DNA of 64,000 nt, taken from an uncultured Acidobacteriaceae bacterium (GTDB taxonomy: Bacteria; Acidobacteriota; Terriglobia; Terriglobales; Acidobacteriaceae). Made by a program: the position numbers and the translations under genes. The notes under the pieces were generated by a model. It did not search any database, was not told the origin of the DNA, and saw only the letters and a list, made by a program, of their open reading frames with translations. The stretch spans positions 1,301-65,300 of the forward strand of contig CAVQDN010000022.1 in the NCBI GenBank assembly GCA_963711275.1, written 5' to 3'. Positions 9,270 through 21,746 of the stretch are shown in pieces. Position 1 is the first letter of the stretch; every line of letters starts with the position of its first letter.

Positions 9270-10046
9270 ATGTCCACCACCCTCATCACCGGCGCCTCCA
9301 CCGGCATCGGATACGAACTAGCCAAACTTTTCGCCCGCGATCACCACAACCTGCTACTGGTCGCACGCAGCGCCGACAAACTCGCGCAAGTCGCGACCGA
9401 ACTGCAACCGCACGGCATCACGGTAAAGACCATCGCACTCGATCTGGCCACGCCACTGGCGCCGAAATTTCTCTTCGACCGGCTGCAAAGCGAGAATACG
9501 ACCATCGACATCCTCATCAATAACGCCGGCTTCGGCGCCCACGGCGAATTCGCCCAAATGCCCGAAGCAGAGATCCTCGGCCAGATCCAACTCAACATCA
9601 CCGCGCTCACCGAACTCACCCGGCTGTTTCTGCCGCCCATGATCGAGCGCCGCAACGGCCGCATCATGAATGTTGCCTCCACCGCGGCTTTCCAGCCCGG
9701 CCCGCTGATGGCGGTCTACTACGCGACCAAGGCGTACGTGCTCTCTTTCTCGGAAGCGATCGCCAACGAGTTGCGCGGCTCCGGCGTCACCGTGACCTGC
9801 TTCTGTCCAGGAGCAACCCACACCGATTTCGCCAAGCGCGCGGGCACAGAAAATTCCCGTCTCTTCAAACAGGTCGGCGCCATGTCCGCGGAGACAGTCG
9901 CGCGCGACGGCTATCGAGCACTAATGGCCGGCCGCACCGTGGCCATCTCCGGCACGCACAACTGGCTCGTGGCCGAGTCAGTGCGTTTCGCGCCGCGCAA
10001 AGTAGTTACGGCCATCTCGCGCTGGGTAGCAGAAAAAGTCCCGTAG
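9270..10046 (+). CDS. SDR family oxidoreductase
   Basis: TGASTGIG cofactor motif, NNAG, and the YxxxK region (YYATKAYV). Stop TAG 10044-10046 lies inside R1 palindrome 10043-10070. Confidence 0.85.
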   Translation: MSTTLITGASTGIGYELAKLFARDHHNLLLVARSADKLAQVATELQPHGITVKTIALDLATPLAPKFLFDRLQSENTTIDILINNAGFGAHGEFAQMPEAEILGQIQLNITALTELTRLFLPPMIERRNGRIMNVASTAAFQPGPLMAVYYATKAYVLSFSEAIANELRGSGVTVTCFCPGATHTDFAKRAGTENSRLFKQVGAMSAETVARDGYRALMAGRTVAISGTHNWLVAESVRFAPRKVVTAISRWVAEKVP

Positions 10047-10070
10047 AGACGTTGCGAGCCACGTCTCTAC
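10043..10070. repeat. R1 palindromic repeat
   Basis: gtagagacgttgcgagccacgtctctac. Contains the stop codon of the SDR gene. Confidence 0.9.
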
Positions 10071-10258
10071 AATACGCAATACATATTCATCACCAGCCCC
10101 GCGCCGTTTACAAATCGCTACTGACTCTTTGCAAACCTTTACCCGCGAAAAAGATACTTTGTGCTAGCGCACGGGTCTAAGCCACTGGGAGCAATATCCG
10201 ATCCCCAGGTCCACAAATCGAAGATTGCACCTCACGGGCCTTCGACAGGAGGTAGCAA

Positions 10259-11326
10259 ATGGTATCTACCAGCCGTTACCCCGTTTCGACCTTTCCAACT
10301 CTGGCCGGGACAATCACAAGAAAAACTTTCGCAGCATTCACAGCGCTACTTTTCACCGTCACCTGCATGGCGCAGGACACCGCTCAACCACCTTCACCGC
10401 ATGATCCACAGAGCAGCACGCAGCCACAGCGCCAGTCTTCCATCGGCACCGTCAGCGTCACGCTTCCCGTAGGAACCAAAATCCCGCTTGTCCTCACGCA
10501 CGACATCCGAAGCAAATCCATGCATCGCGGAGATCCCATCTACGCGCAAGTCAGCGCGCCCGTCGATTCCGGCAACCAGATGGTGATTCCGCCGGGAACA
10601 TTTGTGCAGGGCACGGTGGCCCGGCTGCAACAGAAGCGAGGCCGCGCCGAACTTCATCTACAATCGATGGCAATCACCTTTCCAGACGGTTCCGTCGCTC
10701 CTGTCTCCGGACCACTAACCCTGGAGAGTGATGAAGGCTACGCTTTGAAAGACCCGGGCGCAGGCCGGACGATCGGCTTCGTCGCCTTGCCTGCGGCCGG
10801 CGCGGGCCTCGGAGCTTTGATCGGTCACTCCCTCGCCAGTCCACAAAGCAGCACCATCACCAGTTCGCTTCCGCCCGGTTGCACAGGACCTCCACCGGGA
10901 TGTCTTTCGTCCAGCTTAAGCGTTCCTCCCAACAAGGGAGAAAGCACCGTGATTGGCTCCGCGGTCGGCGGCGCCATCGGACTGGTGGCTTCACTCACGC
11001 TCGTCGCCACGTCTAATAATTTTTTCCTGAACGTAGGAACGCCTGTCAACATGGTGCTGCAGCAACCTCTCTCGCTGCCGGAACCGCAGGCGGCAAACGC
11101 GGTTCAGGAGTCCATTCAACAGCCAGTCGCGGTGCAGCCTATCGCCAAACGTCCGTCACCGCCGCCGCCTTCTGTCAGCGATCACGGGACCTGCTATACG
11201 CCCGATACTCCAGGGACGCCGGACACGGTCATTCCGGGAGCCCCCGGACCTGATGGCGTACCAGGACCTTCAACCACGATACCCGGCATACCGGCAACTC
11301 CCGGCACGCCGTATCCGTGCCCTTAG
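10259..11326 (+). CDS. hypothetical secreted/membrane protein with Pro-rich C-terminus
   Basis: Long ORF with a signal-like FAAFTALLFTVTCMAQD, internal Gly/Ala hydrophobic segments and a PGTP-rich tail. No family recognised. Confidence 0.5.
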   Translation: MVSTSRYPVSTFPTLAGTITRKTFAAFTALLFTVTCMAQDTAQPPSPHDPQSSTQPQRQSSIGTVSVTLPVGTKIPLVLTHDIRSKSMHRGDPIYAQVSAPVDSGNQMVIPPGTFVQGTVARLQQKRGRAELHLQSMAITFPDGSVAPVSGPLTLESDEGYALKDPGAGRTIGFVALPAAGAGLGALIGHSLASPQSSTITSSLPPGCTGPPPGCLSSSLSVPPNKGESTVIGSAVGGAIGLVASLTLVATSNNFFLNVGTPVNMVLQQPLSLPEPQAANAVQESIQQPVAVQPIAKRPSPPPPSVSDHGTCYTPDTPGTPDTVIPGAPGPDGVPGPSTTIPGIPATPGTPYPCP

Positions 11327-11890
11327 GGACCAAGTGGAAAACCGAAGTGAAATGACAAGGATCGGACTCTTCGGTTTTCCACAGAGTTATTTTGGATATG
11401 TGACAAACAACCTTTACTGAGATTTCTATTCTGTCTAATTTGGAATGCGTAGGTGCCGGGTGTGGCGCTGCGCTAGCCTAGGAAACTCGCGGCCCCCGCA
11501 ACCTCCCCATGTGAGTGAGGGACAGCTGGGACATCCGAAAGCCAGGGCGCTTTGGTAAGCTAACCCGAATAGCTCGGGACCGGCGCTCGCTGTGGGAGTG
11601 ATCACTCCTAACGTTTTTCGCAGCAAGGAATAGAAGAAGAAGATAATAAAAGAGAGAGAGGCGAGAAACCAAGAAAGGCCACGTAGGGACAGCCGCCTCG
11701 GCTGTCCAGCCGAGCAAAGCCCGGCAGCCCCGCTTCCGGCCCAGCCGCGAGGACATCTCCATCCATGTCTTGCGCCGAGTCAAGAATTCCCAAAGCTACG
11801 ACGCATCTCCTCGCCTAGGCCCCGCTCACCGCATTCTGCGCAAACTTAGCGACTCTGCGGCAAAAGTTCTTGTTGTACTCTTAAATTGTC

Positions 11891-11920
11891 GAAACCGGAA
11901 GCCGGAAGCCGAAAGCCGAA
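11891..11920. repeat. period-7 microsatellite (GGCTTYC family, reverse orientation)
   Basis: gaaaccg gaagccg gaagccg aaagccg aa, immediately upstream of the cupin start. Confidence 0.8.
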
Positions 11921-11924
11921 TACC

Positions 11925-12287
11925 ATGCCGACACTCATCCCCCAACCCACGCGCATTCAATCCGCCGGCAACAAACCTAAACTCATCGACGAATACGTCG
12001 GACGCGTCAACACGAAAACCTCCGGCGCCAGCGTTGCCCACATGCGCAGCCCGCAGGGCTGGCTCGAACCCGGCCAGAGTCCCGAATTCGACGAGTTCAC
12101 CATCGTCTTGAAAGGCACGCTGCGAGTCGAACACAAAAACGGCGCGCTCGACGTGAATGCCGGACAAGCAGTCGTCGCCCACGCCGGCGAATGGGTCCGC
12201 TACTCCACGCCGCAAGAAGGCGGCGCGGAATACATCGCCGTATGCTTGCCCGCATTTTCTTTAGAGACGGTGCACCGCGACGAATGA
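11925..12287 (+). CDS. cupin domain protein
   Basis: About 120 aa small beta-barrel pattern (GWLEPGQSPEFDEFTIVLKGTLRVEH..G..V..AGEWVRYSTP). Confidence 0.65.
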   Translation: MPTLIPQPTRIQSAGNKPKLIDEYVGRVNTKTSGASVAHMRSPQGWLEPGQSPEFDEFTIVLKGTLRVEHKNGALDVNAGQAVVAHAGEWVRYSTPQEGGAEYIAVCLPAFSLETVHRDE

Positions 12288-12349
12288 TCCCCGAAAGAAG
12301 AAGTCCGCATACACATAATTGTGATATGTTTACACATGAGGGCGAAACC

Positions 12350-12553
12350 ATGCGGACCAACATCGACATCGACGATCGCTTAATGCGCCAAGCCATGCGC
12401 CACAGCGGTACGCGAACGAAGAAAGCAACCGTGGAGGCGGCTTTGCGCCTGCTTGTCGAGACCCATGCCCAGACCGCGATCCGCCGGCTCAAAGGTAAAG
12501 TTCATTGGCAAGGCAACTTGGACGCTTCCCGTCGCGGACGCGTCCAGGAATAA
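12350..12553 (+). CDS. vapB: type II antitoxin VapB (ribbon-helix-helix/DUF2191-like)
   Basis: MRTNIDIDDRLMRQAMRHSGTRTKKATVEAALRLLV is the typical VapB start. Lies 12 nt upstream of the PIN gene. Confidence 0.75.
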   Translation: MRTNIDIDDRLMRQAMRHSGTRTKKATVEAALRLLVETHAQTAIRRLKGKVHWQGNLDASRRGRVQE

Positions 12554-12565
12554 TTAAGAGAACGC

Positions 12566-12961
12566 ATGGTGATCGTCGATACAACTGTGTGGATTGACTA
12601 TCTTGGAGGCGTCGAGAACCGCGAAACGGCGTGGCTCGAGACTGCACTGCGGCGCGAACGATTAGGATTGACGGACTTGATTCTGTCCGAAGTCTTGCAG
12701 GGCATTCGCGAGGACGCGGTCTTCGAGCGCGTGCGGAATGATCTGACGAAATTCCGAATATTCTCTACCGGAGGAACCAATCTCGCGATCGCGGCAGCCC
12801 AGAACTACCGCAACTTGCGCCGGGGCCGCTTTACCATCCGCAAAACAATCGACTGTTGGATCGCCACTTTCTGCTTGCTCTCCGGCCACACGCTTCTGCA
12901 CCGTGATCGAGATTTCGACACATTCGAAAAGGAGCTAGGCCTCGCTGTTGTCCATCCTTAG
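12566..12961 (+). CDS. vapC: type II toxin VapC, PIN-domain ribonuclease
   Basis: MVIVDTTVWIDYL..E..L..D..IA..A...G..LLHRDRDF shows the PIN acidic residues. Confidence 0.85.
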   Translation: MVIVDTTVWIDYLGGVENRETAWLETALRRERLGLTDLILSEVLQGIREDAVFERVRNDLTKFRIFSTGGTNLAIAAAQNYRNLRRGRFTIRKTIDCWIATFCLLSGHTLLHRDRDFDTFEKELGLAVVHP

Positions 12962-13032
12962 ACGCGCACCTCGCGCCCGACCTTCGCTCAGCGGACAGCC
13001 GAGGGCGGCTGTCCCCACATGCTTCTTGGTTT

Positions 13033-13064
13033 AGCTAAAAGCCAAGAGCCAAAAGCTAGAAGCC
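13033..13064. repeat. period-7 microsatellite (GGCTTYT family, reverse orientation)
   Basis: agctaaa agccaag agccaaa agctaga agcc, immediately 3' of the guaA stop. Confidence 0.75.
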
Positions 13065-13068
13065 TCCC

Positions 13069-14772
13069 TCACTCCCACTCAATCGTCCCCGGCGGCTTCG
13101 ACGTGACGTCATACACCACGCGATTCACGCCTTTCACTTCATTCACGATCCGCGTCGAAATCGTCTTCAGCACATCATGCGGTAGCGGGACCCAGTCGGC
13201 AGTCATACCGTCTTCCGAACTGACGGCGCGGATGGCGCAAGTGTACGCATAGGTCCGCATGTCGCCCATCACTCCAACCGACATGACAGGCAGCAGCACA
13301 GCAAAAGACTGCCAAATTTTGTTGTAGAGGCCGGCCTCTTTGACCTCGCTGACCACAATGTCGTCGCACTCGCGCAGCAGCGCCAGCCGCTCGGGCGTGA
13401 CTTCTCCCAGCACACGCACCGCGAGGCCGGGCCCGGGAAACGGCTGCCGCTGCAGGATTTCGTCAGGCATGCCCAGGTCGCGGCCGATCTTCCGAACTTC
13501 GTCTTTGAATAAATCTTTCAGCGGCTCGATCAGCTTGAGCTTCATTTTTTCCGGCAGCCCGCCGACATTGTGATGCGACTTGATCACCTGCGACGGCCCG
13601 CGCACCGAGCGCGACTCAATCACGTCGGGATAAAGCGTCCCCTGCACCAGCCATTTCACCTTGCCTTCGGTCTTCTCGATGCGGCGCGCTTCTTTTTCGA
13701 ATATCTTGATAAATTCATTGCCGATGATCTTGCGTTTCTTCTCGGGATCGCTGACGCCTTTGAGCTTTCCCAGGAAGCGGTCAGTCGCGTCAACCGCATC
13801 CAGATTCAGCTTGAGCTTGTCGCGCAGAACTTTCTGCACTTTCTCGAATTCGTTCTTGCGCAACACGCCGTTGTTCACGAAAACGCAAGTCAATCGCGAC
13901 CTGCCTTTGGCATCGCGCAAGGCACGGTTGACCAGCACTGCCGCGACCGACGAATCCACGCCGCCCGAGAGTGCGCAAATCGCGCGCCCGCTGCCCACCT
14001 GCTGTTTCACTTGTTCAATCGTCGAATCGATGAAGCGCTGCGGAGTCCATGTCGGCTTCGCGCCGCAAATCTGGAAGATGAAATTCTTCAGCATCTGCGT
14101 GCCTTGCGGCGTGTGGTGCACCTCGGGATGAAACTGTACCGCGTACCATTTCTTCGCGGTGTTCTGAATGCCGGCCACCGCGTAGTGAGTCTTGGCCATC
14201 AGTTCGAAGCCCGGCGGCAGTTCGAGCGCTTCGTCCCCGTGCGACATCCATACCGCAAGCTTCTTGGCCAGTCCTTGAAAAAGAATCGATTCCGAAACGA
14301 TATCGACTTCAGCGTGGCCGTACTCGCGCTTGTCGGCGGGACGCACCTTGCCGCCGAGCGTATGCACCATGAATTGCAGTCCATAGCAGATACCGAGCAC
14401 CGGCAATCCCAGCTCGAACACGCGCGAATCCGCGGGCGGCGCGTCCTTGTCGTAGACCGACCAGGGCGCTCCCGAAAGCACGATGCCAACGGGCGCATAA
14501 CCCTTGATCTCGTCGAGCTTCGCCGTACAAGGCAGCACAACGGAGAACACATTCTGTTCCCGGATGCGGCGCGCGATCAGCTGGGTATACTGCGCCCCAA
14601 AGTCGAGGATGACGATGCTCTGTGTGACAGAAGACTGGCCGAGTGCAGACTGGTTGCGCGGGGATTGAATTTGCCGGGATTGTTTTTCCACGAATGAGTT
14701 TCTCAAATTCGGACAGAGACTGTAAAGGACCTCATTCGTAGAGACCTTGCTTGCAATATCTCTCTTCGCCAT
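13069..14772 (-). CDS. guaA: glutamine-hydrolysing GMP synthase
   Basis: GATase (ILDFGAQYTQLIARRIRE, GICYG), the ATP-PPase SGGVDSS motif, and the C-terminal dimerisation end ...KPPGTIEWE. The start is uncertain: ATG 14772 or a downstream alternative. The upstream part of the ORF runs through an R1 repeat. Confidence 0.9.
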   Translation of the reverse strand: MAKRDIASKVSTNEVLYSLCPNLRNSFVEKQSRQIQSPRNQSALGQSSVTQSIVILDFGAQYTQLIARRIREQNVFSVVLPCTAKLDEIKGYAPVGIVLSGAPWSVYDKDAPPADSRVFELGLPVLGICYGLQFMVHTLGGKVRPADKREYGHAEVDIVSESILFQGLAKKLAVWMSHGDEALELPPGFELMAKTHYAVAGIQNTAKKWYAVQFHPEVHHTPQGTQMLKNFIFQICGAKPTWTPQRFIDSTIEQVKQQVGSGRAICALSGGVDSSVAAVLVNRALRDAKGRSRLTCVFVNNGVLRKNEFEKVQKVLRDKLKLNLDAVDATDRFLGKLKGVSDPEKKRKIIGNEFIKIFEKEARRIEKTEGKVKWLVQGTLYPDVIESRSVRGPSQVIKSHHNVGGLPEKMKLKLIEPLKDLFKDEVRKIGRDLGMPDEILQRQPFPGPGLAVRVLGEVTPERLALLRECDDIVVSEVKEAGLYNKIWQSFAVLLPVMSVGVMGDMRTYAYTCAIRAVSSEDGMTADWVPLPHDVLKTISTRIVNEVKGVNRVVYDVTSKPPGTIEWE

Positions 14773-14791
14773 CGTCAGGAACGCTGCCGGC

Positions 14792-14818
14792 GAGAGACGT
14801 AGCGAGCTACGTCTCGAC
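14792..14818. repeat. R1 palindromic repeat
   Basis: gagagacgtagcgagctacgtctcgac. The central TAG (minus strand) is the stop of the 14807..15874 gene. Confidence 0.85.
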
Positions 14819-15874
14819 GGCGAGATTCGGCACATCGCTCAGAATCGGTTCATCACGGTCGATGGTGGTCTGAAGCGGCGGTGTTCGCGGGAATGTTCGC
14901 GGCAGCGGAGCGGGGGGCAACGGCATCAGCAAGGCCAGCGGCGTTTCCGCGATGCAGACGTATCCCGCGAGACGCGCCATGTAGAGCCAATCGGCGAAGG
15001 CCAGGTAAATCAATGTCACCAGAATCATTCCCGCGACAATCACCCGCCCCGGAACAATCCCCGCAAATCCCAGCGGGACTGACACGACCGTAGTTGCCAC
15101 GACGAACACGACCAGATGCGCAAGCCCCATCCAGGTGCTGACGGCAAAGACGGCGCCCGTCCGTTCCCGCGTAAGGGCCACGGCAGAGGCAATGGCACTC
15201 GCTGCGTCCTCAGCATCTCTGACGGCGAAAATGCCGGCCAGCGACAACAGCCAGTTCAATGCCCACCACAAATAGCAGATCAGCCCGGCCAGGGGCAGGA
15301 ACAAAGAAAACGCCAGTCCGGGTTGAGGATTCGCGTCTGGCGAAACGAATCCGGCAACAACCGCCGCACCCACGAACCCCAGGACTGCGGCGAGCGCCAA
15401 CACGACGCGCAGAAAGTTGAGCCTCAGAAGCGAAGCAAAAGATGCCGTAGAGACGTTGCTTGCAACGTCTCTCTCACCATTATTGGGAACGCCGCCGTCA
15501 AAGATGCTGCCGGCAACGTCTCCACGAAAATAATCCAGCAAGCCGCGCACAGTGGCGATCCGGCCCACGGAGCCGACGAAAATCCAGAGAACGCTCAGCA
15601 GCAATGCCGTCAACAACGCCGCCATCGCGGCCCGGTTCAGACTTCCGCGCAAAATATGAGCGATCGCCTCGGCGACAAAATACGGATGCCGCGTGCGCAG
15701 AAAAAGCAGCTCCCCGTTAGTGACCGGCAAGGTATCGAAGTATTCGAACAGGCCGAAGATAAAAACCGCCGCCGCGGTTGCGCCCACAATCCAGCGCCAC
15801 ATGATCTCCGCCAGCGTCAGCGAAGGCCGTCGGAACGCGGCGCGAAACCCTTCGAGCGTGGGCGAGATAGCCAT
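14807..15874 (-). CDS. polytopic membrane protein, function unknown
   Basis: 355-aa ORF with at least 6 hydrophobic helices. Carries an in-frame R1 palindrome ([10 protein letters not shown], 15447-15473). Its stop lies in another R1 copy (..LAVET*, 14792-14818). Confidence 0.6.
   Translation of the reverse strand: MAISPTLEGFRAAFRRPSLTLAEIMWRWIVGATAAAVFIFGLFEYFDTLPVTNGELLFLRTRHPYFVAEAIAHILRGSLNRAAMAALLTALLLSVLWIFVGSVGRIATVRGLLDYFRGDVAGSIFDGGVPNNGERDVASNVSTASFASLLRLNFLRVVLALAAVLGFVGAAVVAGFVSPDANPQPGLAFSLFLPLAGLICYLWWALNWLLSLAGIFAVRDAEDAASAIASAVALTRERTGAVFAVSTWMGLAHLVVFVVATTVVSVPLGFAGIVPGRVIVAGMILVTLIYLAFADWLYMARLAGYVCIAETPLALLMPLPPAPLPRTFPRTPPLQTTIDRDEPILSDVPNLAVET
15447..15473. repeat. R1 palindromic repeat inside a CDS
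   Basis: gtagagacgttgcttgcaacgtctctc. Translated in frame as [10 protein letters not shown]. Confidence 0.9.
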
Positions 15875-16273
15875 GTGAGCCTAGGATAACTGATCCGCCG
15901 AAATCGCGAATGTAGCGCCTGGACTGGACTCCACAAATAATTTCATCCTGAGTTCAGTATCGACTCCTAGCAGTGGAGCCGACGCTAAGTCGAAGGATCC
16001 GTGCTCACATAACAGAGCCCGTAGTGGGGACGGCCGTTCTCTTCTTAACGTACAGAATTCCTCATCGTGAGAATTCCTAAAGCATCAAGCGGTGACAGGG
16101 GTGGCCGCGAAAAATCTTGACGTATCTTGACACGATATTTCCTCCGACCTTGCATCCGCCCCTCATTACCGAGCATCTTGATAGATATAAGCACGATCAT
16201 ACGGTCGCCCGCAGTTTTCGTTTTGTCGAGAACGGGGCGGATTTACTAACGATTCACATCCTCGGAGGAAAAC

Positions 16274-16633
16274 ATGAAATTTGGAGCATCATTGGCTTCA
16301 TGCGCAGTATTCGCAGTCGTGTTATCAGCGGCGGCTTTTGCCAAGGACACACATTCCGGCAAATTCACGCTGAGCGAGCCCGCAAGAGTGGGCACCACCC
16401 AACTGCAGCCCGGAGACTACAAGGCGGAGTGGAGCGGGCCCGCGGATAACCTGCAGATCTCGATCATCCAGCGCGGCCAAACGGTCGCCACTACGCAAGG
16501 GCAGATCAAGAATCTGCAACAGCCCGCACCTTACAGCGCCGTATCCGAGAGCACTCTGGCCGACCAGACCAAGAAAGTCGATGAGATCGATTTCAACCAC
16601 AGCACGGAAGCGCTGCTGGTTGGAGGCGAATAG
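16274..16633 (+). CDS. small secreted protein, function unknown
   Basis: Signal MKFGASLASCAVFAVVLSAAAFA. RBS GGAGGA before the ATG. Followed by a hairpin terminator. Confidence 0.55.
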   Translation: MKFGASLASCAVFAVVLSAAAFAKDTHSGKFTLSEPARVGTTQLQPGDYKAEWSGPADNLQISIIQRGQTVATTQGQIKNLQQPAPYSAVSESTLADQTKKVDEIDFNHSTEALLVGGE

Positions 16634-16651
16634 TCTTTACCCGACACTCGA

Positions 16652-16679
16652 CGGGCAGCTTCGCGGCTGCCCGTTTTTC
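16652..16679 (+). terminator. rho-independent-type hairpin between convergent genes
   Basis: CGGGCAGC-ttcgcg-GCTGCCCG followed by TTTTT, between the stop at 16633 and the leuS stop at 16688. Confidence 0.6.
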
Positions 16680-16687
16680 CTTCTACC

Positions 16688-19333
<2,646 letters not shown>

Positions 19334-19396
19334 TTATTTTACACGTCGCGCGCGAAAAACCGAGCCGCGAGCACAAGACTAGCATTCTCCCGAACT

Positions 19397-20236
19397 TCAT
19401 CCAACCATATTGATCAGAGTTCCAATCGGCGGAATGGTGATGCGGATCTCGTCGCCGATCTTCAAGGTGAAACGAATCCGGAGGCACGATGCCGGTGCCG
19501 GTCAGAAGAAAGCAGCCATGCGGGAAACTGTGATTGCGGTAGAGGTACTCCACAAGTTCCTCTAGCTTCCGCTTCATTTCTTGCAGGGTGGTCGCGCCGG
19601 AGAAAATCGCGACACCGCCGCGACGAATTTCCAGCGCAATTTCCGTGGTGGCCAATAAGGGCTCATTGCCGATCAAAAGGCAGGGCCCGAGGGCGCAACT
19701 GCGGTCGTAAACTTTGGCTTGCGGAAGGTAGAGAGGATTTTCGCCTTCGATGTCACGCGAACTCATGTCGTTGCCAATGGTGTAGCCAGCGATCTTGCCG
19801 CCGGGTGTGACCAACAGGGTCAACTCAGGCTCCGGCACCGACCAGGAAGCATCGTCGCGGATCGCGACCTTCGCGCCTGGTCCCACCACCCGATGCGGCA
19901 TCGATTTGAAGAACAGCTCCGGCCGCGTCGCGTGATAAACGCGGTCATAGAAATCTCCGCCGCCGGCGCTTTTCGACTCCTCCATGCGCGCATTGCGGCT
20001 GCGATAGTACGTCACGCCCGCCGCCCAGACCTCCTGGCTGCCGACGGGTGCAAGCAGGTCCTGCGGCGCGGTGCATTCGTCGGCTTCATTTCACGAATGA
20101 GCGTGGCGCAGATAATCGACCCAGGTCTTCGCGGGTCACCAAATCGTCCCAGGAAGACGCGTTCGAAGATCGTTAAAGAGTAAAAGTGGGCATTGTGCTC
20201 GGCCACAATGCCGTGGCGGGAACGGTAGAGCTTCAT
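19397..20236 (-). pseudogene. fumarylacetoacetate hydrolase family protein, frame-disrupted
   Basis: MKLYRSRHGIVAEHN.., ..[22 protein letters not shown].., [15 protein letters not shown]. Shifts near 20155, 20120 and 19474 (TTT run), plus an in-frame TGA near 20092. Confidence 0.7.
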
Positions 20237-20272
20237 GAAGTTGAGGATGCCATGGCAGAAGAGTATCGGCGC

Positions 20273-20300
20273 GTAGAGACGTTTGCTTGCAACGTCTCTC
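20273..20300. repeat. R1 palindromic repeat
   Basis: gtagagacgtttgcttgcaacgtctctc, between the nfo stop and the FAH-family start. Confidence 0.9.
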
Positions 20301-20340
20301 TCGCCGTCGTCTGCGTATGCTGCCGGCAAGACGCAGCAAG

Positions 20341-21273
20341 CTAGCTCCCTACGACCAGCTTTTTTAATGCATCGACATTTCGGCGGTCGTCTCCCGGCTC
20401 GATCGATCGGCGTTTCCGCGATGAACGCCGCATGCGCCAGGCGCAGATCGTTGAGCAGAATGCGAAACGTTTCTTTGCCGATGGTTCCCTTCCCTATGTG
20501 CTGATGCCGATCCAGCTTCGATCCGCGCGCGGCTTTGGCGTCGTTGCAGTGCCAGACTTTCACTTGATTCAGTCCAATCGGTCGCATCGAGATGCCGTAA
20601 GGTTGCGTAGAGGCCTTCTTCACTGACAATGTCGTATCCAGCCACATGGGTGTGACAGGTATCGATGCAGGCAGCCGACGGGAACGATTCCGCGCAGCCG
20701 CTCCAGAACTTCCGCGACCTGCTCGAAGCTTCCGCCGAGAGAGAATTCCGCGCCGGCGGTGTTCTCGATCAGAATGGTCAAGCCGCCCTTGGCCAGGTCG
20801 AGCCCTTCGGTGGATGCGGCAATAGCGGCGGCGGTGCGAAGCAGACCTTGCTCGCGGTCGGCGCCGCGAAACGAGCCAGGATGCAAGACCAGATATTCCG
20901 CGCACAGAGAAAGCGCCCGCTCCACTTCGCCGCGAAACGCCTGCATCGACTTCTGCAGAAAAAGTTCGTTCGAACTGGCAAGGTTCACCAGATAGTTGGT
21001 ATGAATCACCAGCGGCTTCAGATCGTAACCGGCGCGCAGCCGGTTCATCTCCGCGCACTGCAACTCGCCGAGCTCATAAGGAGCCCATTGCCGCGGGCTG
21101 GAAGAGAAAATCTGAAATGTATTGCAGCCCAGCCGATAAGCCCGCTCGGCAGCGTTCTGCACTCCTCCAGCGGAAGAAGTATGAATGCCGATGCGGCGGG
21201 AAGTAAGGCGGGGCGCCCGCTTCGGCGCAGGCCGCTTAAGAATGTCCTGTTCCTGCGCCATGGAGCGAGGCAT
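20341..21273 (-). pseudogene. nfo: deoxyribonuclease IV (endonuclease IV), frame-disrupted
   Basis: IGIHTSSAGG, CNTFQIFSSSPRQW, LVIHTNYLVNL, LVLHPGS, ILIENTAG, CIDTCHTHVAGYD, WHCNDAK...GSKLDRHQHIGKGTIG. Shifts near 20674, 20580 and 20395. Confidence 0.75.
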
Positions 21274-21358
21274 GGCGGAAGTATAACCAGACGACGCCTC
21301 GCTTTGCTCGGCGGGACGGGCGAAGGCGCCCGTCCCCACACACGAACATTGTTCTCGA

Positions 21359-21419
21359 TTGTCATCCAGAGCGAAGTTGCCGTGCGCGAAGCGCACGGCA
21401 ACGCAGTCGAAGGATCCCT
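21359..21419. repeat. R2 repeat (GTCATCC.GAGCGAAG...GTCGAAGGATCCCT family)
   Basis: ttgtcatccagagcgaagttgccgtgcgcgaagcgcacggcaacgcagtcgaaggatccct. Confidence 0.8.
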
Positions 21420-21512
21420 TTCACTATCCGATAACCCAGGCTCGGTTAGGCATTCGAGCGACAGTCCTGAAACACTTCGCAAAGAATTCCCTGAGTGGTT
21501 CGTCGTGGTTGT

Positions 21513-21572
21513 AGGGATCCTTCGACTCCGTTTTCGTCCGCTTCGTGGACGAAAACTCGCTCAGGACGACAA
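21513..21572. repeat. R2 repeat, inverted relative to 21359-21419
   Basis: agggatccttcgactccgttttcgtccgcttcgtggacgaaaactcgctcaggacgacaa. Confidence 0.8.
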
Positions 21573-21746
21573 ACCCGGCGAAACCCTGCTTCATTTGCGG
21601 TGCAGGTGCGGGCAAAGGTAAACTTGAGTGGCCTTCTCCTGCGGCCGCGAGCACAGTCGGGCTTCGCTCGACGGACAGCCGAGGGCTTGCCCTGAGCGAA
21701 GTCGAAGGGCGGCTCGTTCCTAATAGTCCTTTCCTAAGGTGAATTT

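Noticed and set aside
20085-20100. In-frame TGA in the FAH-family gene as a second selenocysteine candidate.
   Set aside because: It lies in a poorly conserved N-terminal segment flanked by several frameshifts. It does not align with any Cys that I can recognise. Most simply it is part of the damage in this gene.
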